IMG/VR virus record: IMGVR_UViG_3300045170_000116
Span: 1-57,565 of that record
DNA from: a virus
Lineage: Duplodnaviria > Caudoviricetes
Reading direction: 5' to 3' (one strand)
Length of the DNA: 57,565 bases
In this document: positions 1 to 7,773 of the stretch, piece by piece
How positions within the stretch are numbered: position 1 is the stretch's first letter
How the letters are laid out: each line of letters starts with the position of its first letter
Translations under genes and position numbers: made by a program
The notes under the pieces: model-generated
Told to the model about the DNA's origin: nothing
Seen by the model: the letters and a program-made list of their open reading frames with translations, nothing else
Databases searched by the model: none

Positions 1-40
1 GGAGACACCTCAGTTCATGAGGTCAGGACTCCTATACCGT

Positions 41-95
41 GAACAGAAAGAGAACAATATCTTGACTCTCACTCTGGCGTGTTCTTTTTTGGTCC
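41..95. promoter_or_regulatory. Alphaproteobacterial LexA (SOS) boxes
   Basis: GAAC-agaaaga-GAAC (41-55, N7) and GTTC-ttttttg-GTCC (81-95) flanking TTGACT, upstream of ORF 122. Confidence 0.7.
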
Positions 96-121
96 TCCTC
101 GAAGCTCACCGGAGACAGGAC

Positions 122-571
122 ATGGAAAGCCCTTGGACGTGGATTTATCCGCACCGAAATCCGAACCATGCTGATCTACGCGGGGTGTACCCTAACGAGG
201 CGGAAGCGCGGGAATATAGGGGGTTGGTGCTAGTGCCATTTTACGATCCCCACCGAGGAAGTAACGTCTGGGGATGGTGGGAGCTGCGGCACAAGATTAG
301 CAATGACTCGATCCTGTTCATCCGCGCAGATGGCGACGAGATGGCAGAAGAGTATGGGGCCAAGGTCGCTGAGATGGCGAACTGGGAGCACATGCGCAAC
401 GTTCCGGAGTGGACGTCTCCACCCCACTCATATGCGCTTATCGACTATTTGCGATCGACCTATCAGGTTTTCTATCAGCCCAACCACCAGGCGCTCTGGG
501 AGAGGCCGGTTAGCGATGTCGAGAAAGTCGAGGACTGGGAAGAAGACGTGCCATACGCCGACAAAGCATGA
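122..571 (+). CDS. Hypothetical protein, probably SOS-regulated
   Basis: ATG 122 after GGAG/AGGA; Trp/Tyr-rich 149 aa. Confidence 0.65.
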   Translation: MESPWTWIYPHRNPNHADLRGVYPNEAEAREYRGLVLVPFYDPHRGSNVWGWWELRHKISNDSILFIRADGDEMAEEYGAKVAEMANWEHMRNVPEWTSPPHSYALIDYLRSTYQVFYQPNHQALWERPVSDVEKVEDWEEDVPYADKA

Positions 572-699
572 GGGAAGATGACCCGTCCGAGCTAGACCAT
601 TAAGAATGCGCTTCGCGCCGTTGAGCAAAGTGCATCTGCAGCTTTGCTAACCCTTAGAGTTTGGCCCCTATCCGTAGTGAAAATCAAAGGGATCGAACG

Positions 700-1161
700 A
701 TGAAAGCGCTTGTCGCGGCAGTGGCCATTGCGGCCGCAATGATGGCTCCAGTCTCAGCGCAGACAGTCCAACACGACCAACATACCGGGGCCACTTTGGT
801 CGCCTCGAAACGCGTGTCCGTGAAAGGTGGACTGTTCAGCAACCTAAATGCCTATGGCATTTGGTCGTCGCGCCAAGGATATGGAGTCGCCGTCGAATAC
901 ATCGGCACCGGTGGTGGTTGGCACTTCTTTCAAGAAGCTTGGTCGTTTGGGAAGCAGTTCAAATTTACCCAGGCCAACGGAAATGTGATGGGTTGTGGCG
1001 CTGGTTGTACGCTGCAGGAGGGGGGCTTCATCCACATGACTGAAGCACAGTTCAAAAAGGCAGCGACCGAAGGGTTCGGGTTCAAACTGCTAGGTACCGG
1101 GGGCAGCGTCGAGGGAACCGTGCCAGCGTCCGCTTTCACCCAAGTCTTGTCTGCGTTGTAA
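700..1161 (+). CDS. Secreted hypothetical protein
   Basis: Signal peptide MKALVAAVAIAAAMMAPVSA. Confidence 0.75.
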   Translation: MKALVAAVAIAAAMMAPVSAQTVQHDQHTGATLVASKRVSVKGGLFSNLNAYGIWSSRQGYGVAVEYIGTGGGWHFFQEAWSFGKQFKFTQANGNVMGCGAGCTLQEGGFIHMTEAQFKKAATEGFGFKLLGTGGSVEGTVPASAFTQVLSAL

Positions 1162-1225
1162 CGGAAGGGCGCGGCGTGGAACCTGGGCCAATTTCGGGGA
1201 CCACGCTCACCAGCCCTTCTAATCG

Positions 1226-1459
1226 TCAGCGAGCGTCGAAGATGCGCTCGAGGCGCTGCATGCGCTGATCCATGGCGGTGATCATACTGCCCTGTCTGAC
1301 CTGCTCGACGAGCGTTGCTGTAGTTGTCTCCAGGGTCTTCTCAACCGCCCTTAGCCGACCATCAAAGGTCGCCCACCCGATACTCATCGTTACGATGAGG
1401 CCGCCAAAGGTGATGACGTGGCCGAGGTTGATGGTGAAGTCGAATTTCGGTGCAGTCAT
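1226..1459 (-). CDS. Small membrane/coiled-coil lysis-module protein (holin-like)
   Basis: One TM segment then coiled coil; ATGA-coupled to upstream lipoprotein gene. Confidence 0.6.
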   Translation of the reverse strand: MTAPKFDFTINLGHVITFGGLIVTMSIGWATFDGRLRAVEKTLETTTATLVEQVRQGSMITAMDQRMQRLERIFDAR

Positions 1460-1689
1460 CGGTCGGCTCCTCGGCAGGAATCCAGCTTCTGATAGTGGCG
1501 ATCGAGCTCGACTGCCCAAGCATCGACGGCGCTATTGTGAGCGCCTTGTAGGGCGTCAACGGCGGCCGGCGGCGCAGGAGGCAGCACCGGGCAGCTACCG
1601 ACCACGCGAGCGGCCGCGCAGCCGGTCATAAGCCCCGTCAGGATCAATAGGCCCAGCGTCGATACGATTGTATTCGTCTTGGAGCGCAT
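1456..1689 (-). CDS. o-spanin-like lipoprotein (Rz1-like)
   Basis: Lipobox LMTG-C, Pro-rich tract, overlaps i-spanin gene. Confidence 0.7.
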   Translation of the reverse strand: MRSKTNTIVSTLGLLILTGLMTGCAAARVVGSCPVLPPAPPAAVDALQGAHNSAVDAWAVELDRHYQKLDSCRGADR

Positions 1690-1825
1690 CTCGCTTCCTC
1701 TGCTGTTCTGCTTCGATGTGTTGGACACCGGCACTCCTGCCCCGCATGAAGGCGATGCCAATTGCGACAATGACCGCGCCGGCGATGACGAGCGCGGTCT
1801 TGATCTTTCCCCAGATGCTAAACAT
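1595..1825 (-). CDS. i-spanin-like protein (Rz-like)
   Basis: N-terminal TM plus coiled coil directly after endolysin. Confidence 0.65.
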   Translation of the reverse strand: MFSIWGKIKTALVIAGAVIVAIGIAFMRGRSAGVQHIEAEQQRKRDALQDEYNRIDAGPIDPDGAYDRLRGRSRGR

Positions 1826-2459
1826 CGCGCGGCCGCTGGAATGCCTTCGCTGCCATCCACGCAACGAACGCGCAGACGACGATCACCAGGGCGATCCCGA
1901 GGGCGAGTTGCACCGGACCATTGCCCTGCGCTATCGGCGCCGCAGCGCCAATGGCGGTGCCTGCAGCGGGCAAGATCACCTCGGGCTTCCTGATGAGGTC
2001 GGTGATGGTTTCCGGCTTGGGCTCGGTCTGGAAGGTCGGCGTGGCGACATTCTTCTTGGGGAAGTCGGAGCCATCGTTCCACCGGCGCGCAGGCCCAGTG
2101 TCGATGTGCATGAAGTTCGACTTCGGATAGTGCCCGAATCCGGTGAAGCCGACCGAACGGGCTGCCCTCTCGAACTCCCAAGGATCCTGATTGGTCATGA
2201 CCACGTCGAACGCTTTGCCGAGACGGTGCTGGCTGTTCGTGGCGCCGCCGACTGCCTTGTTGTGGGCCGCCGATCGATATGCGCTCGTAATGAGCAGCGG
2301 CTTGCCGAGGACGGTCCGAAGCTTCTGCAGCTTGTCCATGCTGGCTTCATCGATCAGAAGCTCGCCCTCGCGCTTGCTGGCCAGTTCCTGCGGGGTGAAA
2401 TTCGGCCAGCGCCAATCGCCCAGTGGGAAGTCCCGCCAGGTCTTGTAGACCTTGCTCAT
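1818..2459 (-). CDS. Endolysin, peptidase M15 (YcbK-like) with C-terminal TM
   Basis: SAYRS, SQHRLGKAFD and FMHID zinc motifs; hydrophobic C-terminus. Confidence 0.88.
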   Translation of the reverse strand: MSKVYKTWRDFPLGDWRWPNFTPQELASKREGELLIDEASMDKLQKLRTVLGKPLLITSAYRSAAHNKAVGGATNSQHRLGKAFDVVMTNQDPWEFERAARSVGFTGFGHYPKSNFMHIDTGPARRWNDGSDFPKKNVATPTFQTEPKPETITDLIRKPEVILPAAGTAIGAAAPIAQGNGPVQLALGIALVIVVCAFVAWMAAKAFQRPRDV

Positions 2460-2586
2460 GGTGAGCTCCTATCGATGTTGGAAAAGAAAAGAGCCCCGCT
2501 CGCAGCGGGGCCTATTTGGCAGTATTCGGCCTAAAGCCTTCCATCTGCGGCTAGCACGTCCTACCTTGGTGGCAGGAGGAACGACC

Positions 2587-2817
2587 ATGGAACGAGAATC
2601 TCAGATTCTGACGACCGAGGTGGAGTTCGAGGGCGAAAGCTACTCAGCAACCTATTATGTCGAGCACAACATCATCCACGCCCATATCGGGGGCCGGCTC
2701 ATGTCTACCCCTGTTGCCCATGTGCCTGCTGAAAGAACGGTGCAAGCGCTCCTGCAGGGCCACCTTCTTCAGAGCCAGCGGAAACGCAACCAGCGGATTG
2801 ACTGGAACCAGCTCTAA
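2587..2817 (+). CDS. Small hypothetical protein (moron)
   Basis: AGGAGG RBS, 76 aa, followed by hairpin GCGGGCTG/CAGCCCGC. Confidence 0.7.
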   Translation: MERESQILTTEVEFEGESYSATYYVEHNIIHAHIGGRLMSTPVAHVPAERTVQALLQGHLLQSQRKRNQRIDWNQL

Positions 2818-2878
2818 CGTTGTGAAAATGCGGGCTGCAAGCCAGCCCGCGAAAACCCAAATCGTGATCCTCATCGAG

Positions 2879-2903
2879 GGAACCAGCCAAACCATCACCC
2901 GTT
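2879..2903 (+). promoter_or_regulatory. sigma-EcfG (sigT/RpoE2)-type promoter 1
   Basis: GGAAC-N16-CGTT. Confidence 0.75.
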
Positions 2904-2907
2904 CGGG

Positions 2908-3055
2908 CTATGAGTGCTTGGTTCTGGTTCCTATGCTCTGCTGCTCCGAGCACTCGACCTCGCCTCTTGGCAGGTTGTCCCCTCAGAGCCTGTTTTCGCT
3001 GGCTGAACTATCAGGCTCTGCTCACTTGGCCCCGGTTGATTGACCGGGGCTTTTT
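2908..3055 (+). ncRNA. Putative sRNA 1 (~145 nt)
   Basis: Hairpins GAGTGCTTGG/CCGAGCACTC and CAGAGCCTG/CAGGCTCTG, terminator GCCCCGGT/ACCGGGGC+T5. Confidence 0.62.
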
Positions 3056-3063
3056 CGTGCGTG

Positions 3064-3089
3064 GGAACCTTTTTACTCGCTCATGCATT
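3064..3089 (+). promoter_or_regulatory. sigma-EcfG-type promoter 2
   Basis: GGAAC-N17-CATT. Confidence 0.62.
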
Positions 3090-3094
3090 TGTGA

Positions 3095-3211
3095 GCCCGA
3101 ATGCCTGGGGTGGGTCTTGGGGCTCTGGGCATTCACTTGTCTGTCCACACGGCGCCATCACATTCCAGGATGGAGCTGAACACTGCCCTGGCTCTGCCGG
3201 GGCCTTTTTTT
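3095..3211 (+). ncRNA. Putative sRNA 2 (~115 nt)
   Basis: 5' hairpin GAATGCC/GGCATTC, terminator GCCCTGGC/GCCGGGGC+T7. Confidence 0.58.
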
Positions 3212-3230
3212 GGCAGCATTTGAGCTATCG

Positions 3231-3255
3231 GGAACCATAGCTGCGGTTAGACGTT
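3231..3255 (+). promoter_or_regulatory. sigma-EcfG-type promoter 3
   Basis: GGAAC-N16-CGTT. Confidence 0.75.
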
Positions 3256-3259
3256 CGCC

Positions 3260-3340
3260 CCCTGTCGAACGGGCCCGCTCCCCTGGTATTCCGCCAGAGG
3301 GCCCCAGACATTGGCCCCGGAGCATGAACCGGGGCCTTTT
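3260..3340 (+). ncRNA. Putative sRNA 3 (~80 nt)
   Basis: Hairpin GGGCCC..CTGG/CCAG..GGGCCC, terminator GGCCCCGG/CCGGGGCC+T4. Confidence 0.6.
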
Positions 3341-3596
3341 CCTTGCCAATTGACACTTTGCCAGCCCGACCATTTGTCGCCCGAGCGTCTGGTGCGGGGT
3401 GCGGGAGGCCCGCGCGTGTGTGCGGCCATCGCGCTTTGCCGTGATATCGGGAGTCTCACCCGCGAACATCTTTGATTAGTCAAGTTGAAAACTTGATCGA
3501 ACTCGCGAGGGCCTCAACTTAGGATCATTTACTCTTGGAGCCAGAGAATAGTATCCACGCAGCCGGCCCGCAAATCTAGGGATCGGAGACGCCCCC

Positions 3597-3791
3597 TTGC
3601 GTGTATCTTTGAATAACCCGCCGAAGATTACCGGAGTTGAAGAAATTTCATTTCCCGCAAAAATAGCGGAAACAGAAATTATCTTGGAGATGACAAGATT
3701 TGATGCAGAGCAGCTTGCAGAAGCACTGGTTCGCCACTTGGAGGCAACCTTGTTACTAGGCGCACTCATCTCATCAGAACCGACGCTATAA
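3597..3791 (+). CDS. Small hypothetical protein, paralog A
   Basis: TTG start after GGAG; aligns with 4141-4329 (NPPKIT...EMxRxDAEQLAEALxRH). Confidence 0.75.
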   Translation: MRVSLNNPPKITGVEEISFPAKIAETEIILEMTRFDAEQLAEALVRHLEATLLLGALISSEPTL

Positions 3792-3952
3792 ACAATCTGG
3801 TTCCGTCACATTCGGTCACTGGCGCCGGAGCATGAACCCGCTGCTGGTCCTGGACGCTTCCGCGAAGCCGCCGCGTATCCCAATAGAGGAACGAAGGGCG
3901 GCTTTTTCTTTGCCTGATTGCAGTTGAGGCACGATGCACCTATGTTCGCTCC

Positions 3953-4052
3953 CGGCTCGCGCACACGCGGGCTGGGGCGTGGAAACCCCGCACAGAGCGG
4001 CCTGGACCGGCCGTATTAAGTCGTCTCTCAATTAGTCGGGGAGGCGCGTTTT
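3953..4052 (+). ncRNA. C4/CI-like antisense RNA
   Basis: TTGCAG-N17-TATGTT promoter, multi-hairpin RNA with GGGCGTGGAAACCC arm, complementary sites at 4060-4113. Confidence 0.55.
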
Positions 4053-4140
4053 GGCGTATGTCCAGGCCGTAAGGCTAAAGGCCCGCGCGAACCCACTCTG
4101 TGCGGTTTTTCCAACTCCCCGACGCGATCGGAGAGCACGC

Positions 4141-4329
4141 ATGCGCATAGCTTTGACCAACCCGCCCAAGATCACCGACGACGGCGACATTTCGATCCCC
4201 GCCTCCGTTGATGGAAAGAACGATCAAATCGAGATGTCCCGCCACGATGCCGAGCAGTTGGCCGAGGCACTGCTTCGGCATTTTGCCAACGATGACAAAA
4301 TCTCGGGCGGATCAAACGGCGCCACGTAG
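4141..4329 (+). CDS. Small hypothetical protein, paralog B
   Basis: ATG after GATCGGAGA; paralog of 3597-3791. Confidence 0.75.
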   Translation: MRIALTNPPKITDDGDISIPASVDGKNDQIEMSRHDAEQLAEALLRHFANDDKISGGSNGAT

Positions 4330-5025
4330 CGGCGGCCCCTTGGCGATGCGCGGCCCGGTGAACTGCTGATACGCACCCCAGCAGCGATGAAACCCCATGT
4401 AGTGAAGGTCGGGGCCGCAGAGATGCACGGTGTCGAAAGGGCGAAGGCTGTCGGCAGGCGCAAAGAACATATCGGCATGGTTGGCTGCCGTGGACTCGAG
4501 TGCGCCATTTAGGCTCGCCTGTGTTCCAACCAGCCCTTGGATGATGATTGGGGCGTCGGCGGCGAGAAGGCCATCCTCCCGAAAGCCCGCTATGGCGCTG
4601 AGGAACCCTGCTTCATATGCCGATGGGTTTGAGCCTAGAAGCGCATCCCCGTTGTTCCAGAGCAGGAAGTCGGCAGGCGGCGCACCCGAGGCCACATAGG
4701 CACTTTTGACCTTGACGTATCGCGAGCCCGACGGCGGCTGCATGTCGGCGATCACCAGTGAACTTTGCGCGACCACCACCAGACGCACGGCCTCCCCGAT
4801 TTCACGCGCGAGACGGTCACAGAACCACGCCGCGGAATTGTTGCCGCCGCTGGCCCGCCAAGGGGCGCTGCCTGCGGCAGGCGATGCAATCCAAGCAGTC
4901 CCATCTGCCCCGCCGTCGTTCACATTGTTCCAGACTTGAACGAGGGGCGAGAGGGTCGCAAGGCTGGGACCGCCCACCCCTTCTCCGGCCATATTTGAAC
5001 CGCCAACGGCAAGCCCGTACTTCAT
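4312..5025 (-). CDS. SGNH/sialate O-acetylesterase (SASA/CE6)-like protein
   Basis: GGSNMAG (GQSN-like) N-terminal motif and DTVH (DxxH) motif; coupled to tail fibre gene. Confidence 0.7.
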   Translation of the reverse strand: MKYGLAVGGSNMAGEGVGGPSLATLSPLVQVWNNVNDGGADGTAWIASPAAGSAPWRASGGNNSAAWFCDRLAREIGEAVRLVVVAQSSLVIADMQPPSGSRYVKVKSAYVASGAPPADFLLWNNGDALLGSNPSAYEAGFLSAIAGFREDGLLAADAPIIIQGLVGTQASLNGALESTAANHADMFFAPADSLRPFDTVHLCGPDLHYMGFHRCWGAYQQFTGPRIAKGPPLRGAV

Positions 5026-6908
5026 CAGAAATTCTCCGAGACTATAGCAAGACCAGGAGCGCCGGCAGCACCATTGCGGTGCGTAGCGTCCGTCGAGACC
5101 GGTCCGCCCGCACCAGAGCCATAACCCTTGCCGGGATAGCCATCTCCGCCGCCAATGGTTCGTCCGCCAGCGCCTAGGCGCGAATTGCCGCCAGCATTTG
5201 CAGAGAAATAGGTCGTGCCGGAGAGCCGGAGGCCGCGTTGCGAATTCTGTCCGGGCACGATCAAATCGCCCACGCCTGTGTCTGCCCCGTCGTTCTGGTT
5301 GGACGAGGTGACAGAAGTGCCCGCGGTGCAGATGCCGGTGACCGTGCCGCCAATTCCCCCCGCGGCTTCGCAATACCCGCCGATGGACGTTGTCCCGCCG
5401 TTTCCACCGGCCGTGGGGGAAGCAGCGCCGACTCCCGCCAACCCGGCCGCACCGATCGTGACGGGACAGGACACGAAGTCGAGCGTGCCGCCGCTGACAT
5501 AGGCGCCGAAGCTCGTCGTATTGACGCCACTGAGTTGGAAGGTGTTCGTGGTTGCGCCGGCAACGGTATAGGTATTTCCGTTCAGGGAGGTCATCCCGAC
5601 GACCCCAGCGATTTTGACAACCGTGCCGTTCTTGAAGCCATGGCCATTGCTGGTCACGACGCCAGGGTTCGCCTGCGAAATGCCGCTGATTGACCTCAGC
5701 GAGAAATCGAGATGCTTGTGGGCCTCGGCGCCAGCCGATCCAGCATTCCCCATGCCGACACTTGCTGCCGCTCCAGAACAACCAGAGCTGCCGCCACCGG
5801 GCCCCTGCGTGACAAGATCGACCGACTTCGCGCCAGGCGTTCGGGTGTAAATTCCGCTGCCGGTGAAATAGAGGGTCCGCGCAGAGCCGATGACGGGGTC
5901 GACGCTGATGACAGGCGACGTGGGAACGGAGAGGTCAATCTGGACGCCGGTGCCGGCGACCAGGTCGAGCGGCTGCGCGTCAGCAGAGATGACGGGGTTG
6001 GCAGGGTCCGTGTTGTCGATGGAGATACCGTCGCCCTCAACCAAGCTAACAATTGTCCCGGCGCCGTCATTGCCCTTTTGCGCCAGCAAGGCCCAATAGG
6101 CATTGCTTGTGGTTGGTAGCGTTGGCGGAGCGTTGCCAGTGGTCGGCTGGAGCGCGATCCAGGATGAGCCGTTTTCGCGGGCAACGTCGCCCTCGGCGTA
6201 TGACGTTACGCCACTGTACGCACCTTTGAACGAGAAGCCCTCGCCGCGGAAGTCGACAGCATCGCCGATGGTGCCGGTCCAGGTGCCGTCCGCCTTGAGG
6301 TACTGCCCGACATTGTCTGTGGGAGGCACCCCCTCACCGCCAACATAGCCCGCCAGCTTTATGACCCTGCGAGCGCCATCGGCTTCGGCCACAAGCTGCG
6401 GCGACCATCCCTTCTGTCCTGTGTCGCCCTTGAACTCGACAGGTCCGATCCATGCGCCATATGCGCCGCTTTGCTTGGCCCAGATCACGCCATCGTCTTT
6501 GACGAGGACGCGATAGCCGGCGCGGAGTGGATTGGCAGGGCTTTCGAGCGCCAGTCGAGATGCATCATCTGCGACGATAATGTCGTACCAAGCCTTCACA
6601 TCGCCAAGCTGCTCAAGAACCTTGCGGCTCTGCGCCGTCGAGCGCTCGATGATGCTCACATAACGAACTTCATAGGACTCTTCAGCGGCAGCGGCGCCGG
6701 GCCATGGATAGGCGAGAACGATCTGGCCGTCTGCGTTGACGCTTTCGACACGCTGGGGAGGCACGAGCGGTTGCGACGGAAGGAAGAACAAGTCGTCGCC
6801 CCAGACGTTGTCAGTCCAAGTTGCGCCGGTTGGTGTGACGACAGTGCCACCGGCAGCGACAGACGCCCTTCCGACCGCATAGCGGCCAGGTAGAAGATTA
6901 TCGGTCAT
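5025..6908 (-). CDS. Tail fibre/receptor-binding protein
   Basis: KGDTGQKG collagen-like stretch, CBM5/12-like YxxGDxVxxxGSSWIAL motif, Gly-rich C-terminus with FCCH-like insert. Confidence 0.8.
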   Translation of the reverse strand: MTDNLLPGRYAVGRASVAAGGTVVTPTGATWTDNVWGDDLFFLPSQPLVPPQRVESVNADGQIVLAYPWPGAAAAEESYEVRYVSIIERSTAQSRKVLEQLGDVKAWYDIIVADDASRLALESPANPLRAGYRVLVKDDGVIWAKQSGAYGAWIGPVEFKGDTGQKGWSPQLVAEADGARRVIKLAGYVGGEGVPPTDNVGQYLKADGTWTGTIGDAVDFRGEGFSFKGAYSGVTSYAEGDVARENGSSWIALQPTTGNAPPTLPTTSNAYWALLAQKGNDGAGTIVSLVEGDGISIDNTDPANPVISADAQPLDLVAGTGVQIDLSVPTSPVISVDPVIGSARTLYFTGSGIYTRTPGAKSVDLVTQGPGGGSSGCSGAAASVGMGNAGSAGAEAHKHLDFSLRSISGISQANPGVVTSNGHGFKNGTVVKIAGVVGMTSLNGNTYTVAGATTNTFQLSGVNTTSFGAYVSGGTLDFVSCPVTIGAAGLAGVGAASPTAGGNGGTTSIGGYCEAAGGIGGTVTGICTAGTSVTSSNQNDGADTGVGDLIVPGQNSQRGLRLSGTTYFSANAGGNSRLGAGGRTIGGGDGYPGKGYGSGAGGPVSTDATHRNGAAGAPGLAIVSENF

Positions 6909-6921
6909 GATGTTTCCGTGT

Positions 6922-7773
6922 TTAGCTTCGCCGCCCGAACCGTCCACGGACGGTCAGTGCATAGGTGGAAGAATAGTTGGTAGGATCGTCATAGGCGGCC
7001 GCTGCAGCCCCGCCATAGCGCCGGGCATTGCCAAAACCAGCGACCTCCCCAGGCCCGAAGAGACCCGAGCCAGTAGTGGCCTCAGACTTGTTGTAGGGAC
7101 TCTCATCGCGCCAAAAGACCGGCAGGGCCGCAACACCCGATGCTGAGACATTTTCGACGCCACTTCGGGTGTGGTTTGGCGGAATTGATGTGTTGGACAC
7201 GGCGACGGGAACATTGCCCTGCTGTCCGAAATTTCCAGCCGCAGGGCCGACTGAGTGCTCCAGGATAGCCACCAGGCGTCCGCCTGTCGTTTCGATCACC
7301 TCGTCGCTACCGGCGATATCGATGGTCAGCGCGCGGGAAAAGCCCATCACCTGCTCGACCATCATTGACCCAGCGATCTGGACGCCATCTGCCAAAACAG
7401 GAAACGGCGAGATCGTTTGGCCAAGCCAGGTATGGCTTGGTGAGGCCGTACGGACTAGTGAGATCCGACCAATAAAAAGATCAGCCCCTTTTGGCGCGGC
7501 GCCCAGGTCTACGGTCTGGGTCCATTCCTGCGGTCGAGCCCCCACGGCCGTTCGGCAAGCAACGCCTATATGATAGTTATCACCTGGCGCGCGAGTGGTC
7601 GTGTACTGCCAGGTATACAGCTGGTTCTTGGCAGCATCCGGGAAAGTGATGCTGGCGCTGAAGACCCTAGCCGCAGTCAGAAACTGCAGCAAAGTGCCCC
7701 CGGTAGTAGCAACGCGACGGTCACCGTAGCGGATGACCATCTGCCCCCCCTCGTAAGAGAAGCCCCCGCTCAT
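6922..7773 (-). CDS. Minor tail protein
   Basis: Position and overlap in tail operon. Confidence 0.65.
   Translation of the reverse strand: MSGGFSYEGGQMVIRYGDRRVATTGGTLLQFLTAARVFSASITFPDAAKNQLYTWQYTTTRAPGDNYHIGVACRTAVGARPQEWTQTVDLGAAPKGADLFIGRISLVRTASPSHTWLGQTISPFPVLADGVQIAGSMMVEQVMGFSRALTIDIAGSDEVIETTGGRLVAILEHSVGPAAGNFGQQGNVPVAVSNTSIPPNHTRSGVENVSASGVAALPVFWRDESPYNKSEATTGSGLFGPGEVAGFGNARRYGGAAAAAYDDPTNYSSTYALTVRGRFGRRS

Noticed and set aside
1-33. Minus-strand AGGAG followed by ATG-AAC-TGA minigene
   Set aside because: At the window edge; cannot be distinguished from chance or a decayed gene
3029-3340. CRISPR-like reading of the three GCCCCGG hairpins
   Set aside because: Repeats are not identical, spacers exceed 100 nt, each has a T-run, and there are no cas genes; they fit terminators
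2657-3483. Overlapping 66-128 aa ORFs across the sRNA array
   Set aside because: No RBS, atypical composition, and they cross promoters and terminators
3974-4013. GGA-loop hairpins suggesting a CsrA/RsmA sponge
   Set aside because: Only two loops, no csrA in the window, and downstream complementarity fits an antisense switch better
4312-5781. 489-aa ORF as one protein
   Set aside because: The N-terminal half is an off-frame overlap of the tail fibre; the real start is the coupled ATG at 5025
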